Source of the DNA: an uncultured Christensenella sp. | GTDB taxonomy: Bacteria; Bacillota; Clostridia; Christensenellales; UBA1242 | Assembly (NCBI GenBank): GCA_964573405.1 | Contig: CAZNJK010000002.1 | Location: 12,710 to 76,709 of the forward strand | DNA length: 64,000 nucleotides | Direction of reading: 5' to 3' | In this document: positions 9,401 through 16,731 of the stretch, piece after piece | Layout of the letters: each line of letters starts with the position of its first letter | Position numbering within the stretch: position 1 is the stretch's first letter | Made by a program: the position numbers and the translations under genes | Notes under the pieces: generated by a model | What the model saw: only the letters and a program-made list of their open reading frames with translations | Databases searched by the model: none | What the model was told of the DNA's origin: nothing

Positions 9401-12039
9401 TCATAACGGGTGCCCGGCTGATAAATGATGTTTTCATCCTCAAACTGGTTGAAATTAATTACATCGTCCGCTTCCCTATTTATAGTGCTCCAGCCATAAA
9501 ATTTATAATATGGACGCGACACCATATTTTCGGTGTCAGACAACTTAATGTCGCTTAATTCCATATATACATTCCCGCCAGCAGTGTTTGTAAGGCTACT
9601 CGCATTATATCCGCTCGCCCACACGACATCATCCGCACCGCCATCATAGGTTAGTATAATGTTTTTAATCCAACAGGCATTAAAAATAAGATTTGTAACA
9701 TTTCTTGCTTTCAATACTATATAGGACTTATCTTCTTTTTCAGAGTACTTTGTAAAGTACTTATCGTTGTCAATCACGACTTTCCCATCATAATATACTG
9801 AAGTCTGAACTTCGCTATATTCATTTGTAAGTGGGATTGAGTTGTTGATGAATTTTAGATATCGATTGGAATTCTCAAATTTTATATCTTGACCTTCCTT
9901 TCCGTCTATCTTGGTGCCATCGCTAAGTTCCCAGCCGTCAAGCGAATACAACTTTCCGCCCACTGTTTTGCTTATCAAAAATTCGTCATTATATATGGTT
10001 GCAATTGTCGATTGTGGTGATGTGGAGTCGTAAGTATATACTTTATATTTTACAACCACATTTCCCCTAATTGTTTCAATGCTCTCTATGATTTTTTGTT
10101 CAAGAGTGACTGATACGCCATTTTTACTAAAATCTACAGTCTCGGCATTCTCTCCCAAATCATATGAGTACATATTTGTGTTTTGAACCCACGCAGAATA
10201 TAGGCTTGTTACGGGTTCTCCCAAATACACGCCTTCTTCTTTATTTACATTACTGCCCACATTGTATCTTAGTCCATCAATATATAATTCGCTTGAGCCT
10301 TGAATATATGTCTCGCTATTTGTCCAACCCACAAAAGTTCTATTTATAGGTGTCAAATAACCTCTAGAAAAATCATAGAAATCATTAACTTCTTTTTGGC
10401 TATTTGTAAAAGTTACTTTTCTATCGGTTATGTCCACAATAAGCGAATTAAGAATTGGCATTTCAATTCTGTCATTTTCGACATTGACTGTCATAAGCAA
10501 AATATTGTTGCCAGTATAGTTGGTTAAATAATAATTAATTCGATTATAACTCGACCACTGTGCATACAAAATAATTTCGTCGTCTTGAATTTCAAATTTC
10601 GACTTATCAAAATATCTTTCAGTCGCATTTGACACATCGTAGCCCGAACCATCCTTTTGAGAGTTCCAGCCAAACAAAGTGTATAATGGAAGCCCCGACA
10701 TATCGTTATTTACATACACTACATTCCTAAAGTAGTTTTCGTCATAAAGTACGCCATCGTGCAAATAACTAGGTAATAACCTTTGACCTTGATATACATT
10801 AGAATTGTCTTTAATTGTAGTACAGTTGTCCGAATACACATATTTGCCGATACCCGACCTAATTATATCTCCCATCAAACTAGTATCAATATATGCACCA
10901 GATTCTGGCAAGTTTAGATTGAATTTAACGGTATACTTTTTAAGTTCCCACTTCGCGAAAATCCGAATACGGCTATTTTCTTCGTCGGTGGAATTGTATC
11001 TCATAATTTCATCAAATGTATCATCATCAACCACATTACCCGACTCGAAATATAGCGGGTCTTTCATAATGTTTATATTCTTCTCTTTAGTAAGAGTAAA
11101 ATACCCGTTCCTTATGTACAATTGACTAAACTTTACTGGAACCGTAAACTCAGGGTCAAGATACCAGCCCGCAAATACAAAGTTCAAATATTCGTCTTCA
11201 GGCTCTAATACACTCTTTACTCTAGAGCCATAGCCCAATGTTTCGCTGACATATATGTCGTAAGTTGATGTATATTTAAGCCCGCCATTAACCGAATTGA
11301 TTCTGTCCGCAACAAAACCGCTCTGCGGGTCGTTCTCTGCAAACGATAGGTCCAATGTACAATATTGCAATTCAACTTGTATAGGCTTCCATATAGCATA
11401 GAACGTGGTGTTTTGAGCAGTCATCCTATGATCATACGATACGGGCTCTTCGGAAGTGGACGCAAATCCCCAACCCTCAAAAGTATAGCCTTCTTTATAT
11501 AAACCCTTGTACTCCAAAATTGTCGTTTCTGTACCATCTTCCAATTGTATCGTATCAGAAGATTTTGGAAGTTTTAATATATCTTCAATTGTAAGTTTTT
11601 GAGAAAAATCAAATTCTCTCGAAATATTTTTAACAACTTTTACGGTGTCATCAAGAACTAGTTCTACCGAATATTCTAATAAATCGAACTTTCCATAAAG
11701 TTGAATATGTTCTTTTAAAATTGTTGAATAATCATAAGGCTTGTTGCACTCCTTATCGAAGTACCAACCGCCAAACACATAACCTTCTATGCTTGGCGAT
11801 GGCAGTGTTTCAACATTCGTGCCTTCTTTTATCTCAAGAATGTCGTACTCGGTAACATTCTTGATGTCGCCATCTTTATATCTAGTAATAGTGGTTAAAA
11901 TAATTGACACTCTAGTATAAAAATTAATATATAGAAGAATTGCTAGAAAACAAAAAACAGCACCTATACTTGACAAAAGTATAGTTAGAAGCAGTCTATT
12001 TTTTTTACTAAACTTGCTAAGTTCCTTATTGTTTCCCAT
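481..12039 (-). CDS. Giant (3852 aa) membrane-anchored surface protein built from InlB B-repeat / Listeria-Bacteroides repeat (Flg_new-type) modules
   Basis: Uninterrupted 11.5-kb ORF. N-terminal signal anchor LLLTILLSSIGAVFCFLAILLYINFY. About twenty or more modules by eye carry the hallmark G[YF]xFxGW....(~40 aa)..LYA.W (e.g. GYVFGGWYFD...LYGKF, GYTFEGWGFA...FYAIW, YKFYGWSTI...LYAVWQP, GFEFKGWSSD...LFPVWE). SD GGAGA lies 7 nt upstream of the ATG. Confidence 0.85.
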   Translation of the reverse strand: MGNNKELSKFSKKNRLLLTILLSSIGAVFCFLAILLYINFYTRVSIILTTITRYKDGDIKNVTEYDILEIKEGTNVETLPSPSIEGYVFGGWYFDKECNKPYDYSTILKEHIQLYGKFDLLEYSVELVLDDTVKVVKNISREFDFSQKLTIEDILKLPKSSDTIQLEDGTETTILEYKGLYKEGYTFEGWGFASTSEEPVSYDHRMTAQNTTFYAIWKPIQVELQYCTLDLSFAENDPQSGFVADRINSVNGGLKYTSTYDIYVSETLGYGSRVKSVLEPEDEYLNFVFAGWYLDPEFTVPVKFSQLYIRNGYFTLTKEKNINIMKDPLYFESGNVVDDDTFDEIMRYNSTDEENSRIRIFAKWELKKYTVKFNLNLPESGAYIDTSLMGDIIRSGIGKYVYSDNCTTIKDNSNVYQGQRLLPSYLHDGVLYDENYFRNVVYVNNDMSGLPLYTLFGWNSQKDGSGYDVSNATERYFDKSKFEIQDDEIILYAQWSSYNRINYYLTNYTGNNILLMTVNVENDRIEMPILNSLIVDITDRKVTFTNSQKEVNDFYDFSRGYLTPINRTFVGWTNSETYIQGSSELYIDGLRYNVGSNVNKEEGVYLGEPVTSLYSAWVQNTNMYSYDLGENAETVDFSKNGVSVTLEQKIIESIETIRGNVVVKYKVYTYDSTSPQSTIATIYNDEFLISKTVGGKLYSLDGWELSDGTKIDGKEGQDIKFENSNRYLKFINNSIPLTNEYSEVQTSVYYDGKVVIDNDKYFTKYSEKEDKSYIVLKARNVTNLIFNACWIKNIILTYDGGADDVVWASGYNASSLTNTAGGNVYMELSDIKLSDTENMVSRPYYKFYGWSTINREADDVINFNQFEDENIIYQPGTRYDLFEEDTTLYAVWQPLIYTINIFQQAYNSIYNSSAGRVYIAKECFTYNKTEVTDNMELTGNILKYQNANGDETILSMTTSAVTGYGLSAWSNAEGVRLVKENSKYNISIKNDSNSLFDEFPESNFSIVSIYPMFSVLKFNVKFNISGEGIVSSNVDQPTVTYDDIEYGTTVKSLLPKLYYNYYDTGYTFKGWNISGDVDYRGILKDDYILNISTSTLTVRSDMIISLIAEKLSYAIKLVFASPINGEIKEIANYSLNYYDSLDELSDNIEQKIAVNDFVGYTFAHWQTTIAGMTTNLTNENLSSMKATSNITLYAKYSRAKIIVKFNYENIGNDITEEKESEYLASISLNYDGFAVAPLKDKNVLKGWALSETDQTKYFSTNSTITISEDVVGTANLIKTNDGYELNFYAKWVESVGLTLNIDNATISYANFPRQLDYEKGTIVYFKDIPYISILSNSTISQSNGLGEYMGIWVDDIGREYNVTLTSTFLEMNSDITLTPKFNPKGFTITYNYKYLGDYYTINGASSAVNDNYSVAPTLHTKSEIDNYISSISDLSDYRSVGYYLSKSAYESNDDNFKFNFGDEFDFVNNSAYSLKANGSKFEFYIILQKVVTLTYYSDRDASAVITTLKFDEGLTHIIGDTNNNGTLDASDIIPSKTGFEFKGWSSDINVNYVQHTNGERINTGVVDKLFPVWEAKPLRLEYCDGSDVLGYRDDLYFDDITTLKIFTQDGKKLSGWATSITGDVEYSGGSSLDLSQVNNLAKLEGGNYVIRLYAVWEIAYYSVKFEVYSTAGALTTMYGQADGTISMTEYVSTFNSTQITFALPTTATSYVVGGQKYLFSGSWTDGTNTYNSSVITAKFTKDYVFSPIYNKVHALKFVNGVDEIYVLDNVLDGTTFAFSSSELNNATNSYNSTLLLSGSKVVGYENNGTTYSTASTLTINKSITFEAKIVDLVNVVVYRDLSYNGSKFEFTNPTTLNNVEMTRSLLLTDYSTTLVDCTTEGFVVSTDANYVYSTSPSVLLYGSYTLNNTGATKGDTIYFYPVIKTEVKYYANLVLTDSEEVRFGKYPTKTILTSTESEYLASWRVGSLAGEEYTLSPVSYALNLHTIARPFLQMQVVNGDRYISNSSNLVISKLKPSDYFNLPSVSDVSFREPSKYTLKGWNISYMGTFVADSVTGQPHMYDANARIKIDDILTALGIGVDDLVEVYFEMTPVVNYNLHSVSIVDSVNITYDVNVTLKNTSGMTSSQITSYEADFVRNGNVFYILSDGQITISDDKLTFEAYLYNSGSVVMDNGAPVIATIQIAKDVTSGYTSNGWYYAGTSNVLVSGTSITTNVEIVAQTAVASEVTINIGLQYYDGVNYIVVNSTNIGDYKDYFHIDSTSEFAYSVTKPINSIINFAVMVNDGYEVVGLVNESGASKISNISKTGTRHTFTHQIDSDLNIYVVVKKSAMFNPTITLNTTQISSFDSSKIDNSSTMNIQYREDSLGSSWNYLYKDVDKTLYNLIWSEFSADYTYTNSVAINNLIQVSTNINSIYYYVSAINIYFDNVLSMSINSNVFTGEAKVSGAIKIELVLKERTSSINYYDESDNIQNGSATNINDSLTINLPSLTKSGYSLQGFKVYMGANEVDKQFVEYITTNKTFDINDLVLAKYRINRNSGNQNAFILLEPVWLSNKQKVSFVSDNGYFLLNGVQQSSIMLDVDYGEVLTFNKVENSGVIDETSTVEFSIKTCVVNANGEVQVVPATQVVKFVPIGTWKFVNGYRYNTSEVFSSTYTINGDIEFTPIIERGQGSVKVEVYDVTTLSNNSNLNVGQLTFNNGVGSTTNIGYDSVGNMGSEVFNFTTQDNCVVTLSTSSAFSITDVDIEIDGKKLSDYSNLEEFKNAIASLNIEINSNEIVLDDLIYDVKITYVLGRANVSAYVQVTSATAGSELEDVFEELINNNVEIVKVGSTNAMVGSSQEFGNEKLRKVAKYTFDFNDDYFDIDRIYYVDNGTIYNIYGGVVDDALSSFDPLSNELTVVYGGDDGNDLIFYVTLKLKEFKTIFHSENGEYSSLADYSSYSGITPNQMVGYSFNETINVEMSQLFTPNNVMYNGSNLKFVNWTYYNGDYAKDLKNGTIDNAKFVEFTSINWTFDERSGNLHIFSNWQKLFDVKFAPVADGYSAVQNGLPSNMTNVLYGDEINFTIPTRSGFEFGGYKYVFDGDNYYLRYNGTTFEQLSTTTTIETISPFNSAKITLGQILTSRMANLDSTFNTIIFEPIWSRENATLTIQNDAGKGSIETYSFDGTTYTLALVEIKCYDLVEAGVVDLGGSTYNCLYLKNEDGIYGAIVVKPNTSNYYNFDKFTLNGSEITSETSIGENSTIVVEYGVEYVEHTLNFKWDSPVADAKYSIKNLSDAKTKIAFYNGENIERINTLSQNEEIELTNTYDKIIVSVLRDKEVNVKFVFDNYHFGTSEKELILNVVGASNNVSTSGDYVLNIDLVNVSLSQYMLEDITHTSAEGGKYAVSYYAPIYSDGLIVGYDDDVTTIEVDGQYKEISGIVNGTKLYFEKLSPTYEIVELLNGNIDISSSDGGNMYLTVGVGETYDVKVVFDYEYAYVEFAIGGKIYADGYFKTTDGSDKNPQLVAFANMLVDGYSNVTDKSALFDDITALTGSADSVVMSKIVRQGGVNKIYYAEGDFIKMFNYAINENLATTYYEDDSWKNVWFEAFNFALAYPTAITIDDLYVGAGVEAVEFNANTSVALVLSINSDCETIENKIGDVVDSVAVAKGGIVVENTTSQHYEYMIMGSSQLGYNGSYSNLQLKVKDNTKLPKLVVTYDNHTYAIHTIDFSEKVMAKESVELEESDDLLVVDATTLEYTYVHEFKIKQVKLLLNSSDKNDDTNYSFEQNFANADNSNYLILELNYATTFDKIMNDYNLQNEYIVGSKIFEFEGFYSGSTKIDNTSDMTYYFDNINTSYSNGSSINLVAKYKEKV

Positions 12040-12158
12040 TATAATTCTCCATACACATATATAATATATAATATTATATATTTTTAGTCAAATATATAGG
12101 GGCGACCTTTAAAAAAAAATTAAAATCATAAAGAAGCAAACCGCAATGCATATATGCA

Positions 12159-13379
12159 TTACAATTTGCTTTTAATCTCAACTTTTAGGTTGTATTTTGT
12201 ATTTTCTATATATCCGTTTTTCTCGTCGTCTGATGTTACAATCTCCTTAAACTTCTTGTTTTTAAGCCTATACAGTTGATTTGTGAGATTGAAAAAATCC
12301 ACTTCATATTCCCTACACACATTGCTATAATCATCGAAATTTTTTGTCAAATAATCCACCACCGCTTGTTTTACATTGTCCGAAATGTGCGTTTCCGTCT
12401 CGCTAATCTCATCCACATTTATGTTGTCAGTTTTTAGCGACAAAACATTAAGGTACAACTTCACACCTACATCACAGCACGCAGTATTGCCATCAAAATA
12501 ATACTTTCTTGTGGTTGATTTTTCTATTATTTGCAAACTAATTTGCTCAATATGTTTATCTCCGTCGTCAATGTCTTCTAGGTGTATGTACCCCATTTTT
12601 GTGTACGGATTGATTATATTTATAATGTTAGCCATATCGCCTTCCACGATGTACTGCAACTTCCCTTTTTTATACACCGCCACTTGCCCGTCGCTCACGA
12701 TTTTCTTTTTGTTTTCGTCCGAACCGCCCGATTGCTCTTCTCCACTCTTTCCGCTCTTACTCTCCCCGTCATCCTTAACTTCCACCACCGTTGTCCAACA
12801 TATTCCGCTTTTAGAGTAATACAAGTTGAAAAATTCTTGCAAATCGATGTCGGAAATTGACAAATAATCACTACTATTTGTAATCGACCGAGCAAGGCTT
12901 ATACCTATCTCGTCTTTTTTGTCCATATTAACTTGCAAAACTTCCTTTGCACTGCCCTTACAAGTTATGATTTTGGAGTTTTGGGTAAGTTTACTGCCCC
13001 GAACAGCAAAGTCCAAAACTTTCGCAACATCTTCATCTTTTAGGCCATCACTCACAATAAAAGTATCGCAATGTGCAAAGCCTATTTCCTTGCCGAGTTC
13101 TACGCTTAGTCTATATAACGCTTCCGAAAAATCTCGCCCCGACGCACTAACTAATTGGGCATTACTGCTACTTGAGTCGGGAGTGCTTTGAATTATCACA
13201 ATCCCGCTGACCTCATACCCTTCCGCCACCCTATCAACACCAAGCGACGAAAAAATTGCACGACGCTCAAATTCTGCGCTTCCATATATCGCTTGCGGAA
13301 GATTAACAAGGATGAAAGCAAAAAATAAGTACAACGCAAAATTACTTGTCATTTTTCTTAATTTTAGTTTCATTGCCAC
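12159..13379 (-). CDS. gerAC: Ger(x)C-family spore germination protein (GerAC-like)
   Basis: Last gene of an A-B-C germinant receptor operon. Typical N-domain wording (SLGVDRV..GYEVSGIVIIQ...ASGRDFSEALYRLS...HCDTFIVSDGLKDEDVAKVLDFAVRGSKL). The start may be a downstream Met (MTSNF...). It overlaps the end of gerAB. Confidence 0.75.
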   Translation of the reverse strand: MAMKLKLRKMTSNFALYLFFAFILVNLPQAIYGSAEFERRAIFSSLGVDRVAEGYEVSGIVIIQSTPDSSSSNAQLVSASGRDFSEALYRLSVELGKEIGFAHCDTFIVSDGLKDEDVAKVLDFAVRGSKLTQNSKIITCKGSAKEVLQVNMDKKDEIGISLARSITNSSDYLSISDIDLQEFFNLYYSKSGICWTTVVEVKDDGESKSGKSGEEQSGGSDENKKKIVSDGQVAVYKKGKLQYIVEGDMANIINIINPYTKMGYIHLEDIDDGDKHIEQISLQIIEKSTTRKYYFDGNTACCDVGVKLYLNVLSLKTDNINVDEISETETHISDNVKQAVVDYLTKNFDDYSNVCREYEVDFFNLTNQLYRLKNKKFKEIVTSDDEKNGYIENTKYNLKVEIKSKL

Positions 13380-14442
13380 CTCCCAAAGAACATATGCTCA
13401 AGCAAATAATAAGCATCAAAATAAAGCCAAGGAGCAGTGCGTTAAATAAAGGTGTTGTAATGAATTTAATTACTCCCGCATAGTCGAGATATGCCACATA
13501 CAAAAGTATCGCAACAATTATAGTGATGATGATTGAGATTATCGCATTGCTTTTTATTGTGGTGGTGTACGAAAAACTCTCCCTTGCACATATCATCATT
13601 AACCCCGCCTGATACACTAGCACCATTGTCCAAATAATCATACTCAGCCACTCTAGTCGTCCATTGGTGGCGGGATAATTGCTATATAGCGGAATATCGC
13701 TCACAAGCAACCCTTCGTTGACCAAAATATTGCCAAATAATGCCACATAAAAGACAAAATAAACAAACACAAAAGCATAAGTGAAGAGCGAATATCTGAT
13801 TACTGTTTTGGCGGTGTTTTTTGTATATTTCACCCGTCCCATTAGTATAAGAAGCACCATAAAATCAATAAAGTGAAAAGAAGTATGAAAACTCGCATTC
13901 ACTACGGGCAAAAACCCGTCACCAAATATTGGCAAAAGGTTAACAACATCAAATTCTTCGATTGGCAAAATAAGAGTTATGATTGCGCCAATAAAAATAA
14001 AATAATAAAAAAATTGTATACTTCTAGCAAAGGTTCTTAGACTTTTGTTTAGAATATATATAAGGATTGCGACAAGCGGGATTACAAATTTCCACCACGA
14101 GATGTGTTCAAATAGCAGTTGCACAAGAAAATTCTGCAATTCTTTCATCGCCACAAACGACTTAAATAGGAAAAATATCGTCATAACAAATGCAATAATT
14201 CTAGGCAGTATTTTCCCAAGTTTCAACTCCAAAACTTCAAATAATGATTTGTCAGGATTTTTGCTCATCACAAAAAGGATAAATAATATAAAAACAAATT
14301 CCACACCAAGCGAAAAGAGTACCGAAATATAACAATTATTACCCGAATATCCGCTAAGAATAGACGGCAAAATGAAAAGTTTTAACGAGATTATTGAAAG
14401 ACTTATCAAAACCCCCACTTGCCTATTTGTTAGTTGTGCCAT
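13342..14442 (-). CDS. gerAB: Spore germination protein, GerAB/Spore_permease family (polytopic membrane protein)
   Basis: N-terminus LTNRQVGVLISLSIISLKLFILPS is typical of the GerAB family. About 10 hydrophobic segments. Start codon overlaps the gerAA stop (14442). Confidence 0.8.
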   Translation of the reverse strand: MAQLTNRQVGVLISLSIISLKLFILPSILSGYSGNNCYISVLFSLGVEFVFILFILFVMSKNPDKSLFEVLELKLGKILPRIIAFVMTIFFLFKSFVAMKELQNFLVQLLFEHISWWKFVIPLVAILIYILNKSLRTFARSIQFFYYFIFIGAIITLILPIEEFDVVNLLPIFGDGFLPVVNASFHTSFHFIDFMVLLILMGRVKYTKNTAKTVIRYSLFTYAFVFVYFVFYVALFGNILVNEGLLVSDIPLYSNYPATNGRLEWLSMIIWTMVLVYQAGLMMICARESFSYTTTIKSNAIISIIITIIVAILLYVAYLDYAGVIKFITTPLFNALLLGFILMLIICLSICSLGGGNETKIKKNDK

Positions 14443-15875
14443 TATTTTTTCAATCTCCTTGAATTAATGTTTTTAATGCTTTTGGGCCGTTTTTCGATGT
14501 TTATAATGTCCTTTTTAGTAATTGCGTCTTGAAAATCATTTGATATATGTGGTGCAAATGGGGCTAGGTACGGGCTCCCATAGATGTCCAAATCGGACAA
14601 ATAAATAATAATAAACATTGTGAGTAGAATAATGCCAAATAGCCCAAAGCAACCACCCACAAAAGTGAAAGCAAATCTAAGGATTATAAATTGCGATGCT
14701 TGGTCTGGCACAGTATATAAGGTAATCCCGCTAAGTGCGACAATCACTACCGCCGGCGGGCTAATTACCCCCGCCGACACGGCGGTATCTCCAAGAATCA
14801 ACGCACCCACTACCGACAACGCAATACCCAAGTATTTTGGCATTCTTAGACTCGCTTCGTATAGAATTTCAAATATTATGAGTACAAAAAGCATCTCCGC
14901 AAATGGTGATAATGGTAGCCCTAAAGTTGTATTGATAATTGTTATAATCAGTGGCAATGGGATAAGCTTGTAATGATATAGTTGTACAGCAACATAAAGC
15001 CCCGGCAATATAAGGGTAATTACGATGCTAAAAATTCTAAGAATCCTTATAAAACTTGCCTTCACATTATTACCATAATAATCATCGCCACTTTGCAAAT
15101 CTTCAAGAAGAATAAAAGGGACGGTAAGTACAATGGGCGACCCATTCACCACAACAGCGACCCGCCCTTCCAAAAGTTTTGCACACACCATATCGGGCTT
15201 CTCCGACTTGCCCACTTGCTTAAAAATACTGCCCGGTTTTATCTCCAAAAATGATGCTATGTAATATGAGTCTAGTATGCCATCAATCTTAATTTTCTTA
15301 ATTTTCTTTTCAATCTCATCTACCACCTTTTTGTCACAAACTGTAGAGATGTAGACAATTGCTATATCGGTATTGGTATATTCCCCCACTTTAAGATATT
15401 TTACTTTTAAGTCGGCACTAGCCAAAATTTCCTTTATACAACTCACATTTGTATATATATTTTCAACAAATCCTTTCCTTGGTCCACTAAGCACAGTGCT
15501 AGTCGGTGGTTCCGCAATCGCCCGTTCAAAATACTTATTTACACCCAGAACAATTGCACTCTTTTCGCCTTTTATAAGTACAATCGCCTTACCCTTAGTT
15601 ATCTCTTCTATCATCGTATTTGCATCGCCAGTTAACTCGCTATCTGGAAAATTTAGCACATTTTTCTCTAAAAACTTCGCCCTATTTTTATCTGGTAATT
15701 TGTTTAGTTCACTAATGGGTTTTAGTACAAATTGTCCCACTTGATTAAGGTCACACACTCCTTTTTGAAATATGCACACGCCCGTCACATTTGCGATTTT
15801 AATATCCTTAAATGCAATATCTTCGTTATCGGAAAATGCATTTTTAATTGTCTCAATATACTTGTCATAGCCCAT
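14442..15875 (-). CDS. gerAA: Spore germination protein, GerA (GerAA) family
   Basis: 477 aa with a soluble N-domain followed by a C-terminal membrane domain (IRILRIFSIVITLILPGLYVAVQLYHY...GLPLSPFAEMLFV...). First gene of the gerA-type tricistron. Confidence 0.85.
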   Translation of the reverse strand: MGYDKYIETIKNAFSDNEDIAFKDIKIANVTGVCIFQKGVCDLNQVGQFVLKPISELNKLPDKNRAKFLEKNVLNFPDSELTGDANTMIEEITKGKAIVLIKGEKSAIVLGVNKYFERAIAEPPTSTVLSGPRKGFVENIYTNVSCIKEILASADLKVKYLKVGEYTNTDIAIVYISTVCDKKVVDEIEKKIKKIKIDGILDSYYIASFLEIKPGSIFKQVGKSEKPDMVCAKLLEGRVAVVVNGSPIVLTVPFILLEDLQSGDDYYGNNVKASFIRILRIFSIVITLILPGLYVAVQLYHYKLIPLPLIITIINTTLGLPLSPFAEMLFVLIIFEILYEASLRMPKYLGIALSVVGALILGDTAVSAGVISPPAVVIVALSGITLYTVPDQASQFIILRFAFTFVGGCFGLFGIILLTMFIIIYLSDLDIYGSPYLAPFAPHISNDFQDAITKKDIINIEKRPKSIKNINSRRLKK

Positions 15876-16037
15876 TTTTAACGCCCCCAGATTGGTGATT
15901 TTATTGTAATAATTCTCTATTTTAATTATTTTGTGAATAACTTATTTTTTTATACTCACAATAAAATGTATATATAGGTCTTTACAATTTAATTAAAATG
16001 ATGTATAATAGATTAACAATCAAAGGAGAAAAACATT

Positions 16038-16583
16038 ATGCATTCAAGAATACAACCTATTAAATCTTACACTGCTGACCCAGATAATATCACAGAAGAT
16101 ATTACTTCTGGCTACAATAGAATTAACAGTCAACAAATTAGTAGATCCACAATTTTGTTGGATGGAGGCTTTGAAATTGCTCCACCTAGCCACTTAGATA
16201 GAGAAGACCTTGAAATTCGATATATTCAAGCACTTGTTTCAAATGGAGTTGAAAAAACATTATCAAAAATCCGCAAATTATATTTCGATTTGGTACCCGA
16301 AAAAGTCAATGTTTCGACCCAAAGAGGCACTTTGCTTGGAGCGTCAAGACTTAATCAAACTCCAGCAAAAATAGACACACTAGAATATATAAGGGCACTT
16401 TTCGACACTTCTACCCTTAGTGCGTCTCAAAATAAAATTGTTGACACCACAATCGAGTCAATGGTTAGCCCATTGCTTGTAAGTGTAGAAACTGTTGAAA
16501 AAGCCAAAAAAGAAGCCTACAAAAAGGCAAAACTTGAAGCGCTTGCTATGAGAGAATCAGAGCAAGACGGCCCTACAAGGTAG
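16038..16583 (+). CDS. Hypothetical protein (181 aa), no family recognised
   Basis: Good SD (AAAGGAGAA, 7 nt before the ATG) and followed by a hairpin terminator. No motif recognised. Confidence 0.55.
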   Translation: MHSRIQPIKSYTADPDNITEDITSGYNRINSQQISRSTILLDGGFEIAPPSHLDREDLEIRYIQALVSNGVEKTLSKIRKLYFDLVPEKVNVSTQRGTLLGASRLNQTPAKIDTLEYIRALFDTSTLSASQNKIVDTTIESMVSPLLVSVETVEKAKKEAYKKAKLEALAMRESEQDGPTR

Positions 16584-16642
16584 TCAAGTTTTACACTAGG
16601 GCACATCTATATTGAAGCCCATAAAAGTTAATATTAAATACA

Positions 16643-16676
16643 AAAAAAACTACTCTTTAATAGAGTAGTTTTTTAG
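16643..16676. terminator. Bidirectional intrinsic terminator
   Basis: AAAAAAA-ACTACTCT-ttaat-AGAGTAGT-TTTTT. It lies between the convergent stops at 16583 (+) and 16732 (-). Confidence 0.7.
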
Positions 16677-16731
16677 TGTTGTTTTTTATCTTTAAATTGT
16701 TATCTAAATTATTTTTTTATCGTAACACAAA

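Noticed and set aside
1033-11399. Numerous 60-130-aa ORFs on both strands inside the giant gene (e.g. 1033..1425, 4310..4651, 7947..8132, 10805..11125, 11217..11399).
   Set aside because: All are embedded in, or antisense to, a continuous 11.5-kb ORF with a coherent repeat architecture. They are low-complexity or hydrophobic junk translations without an SD.
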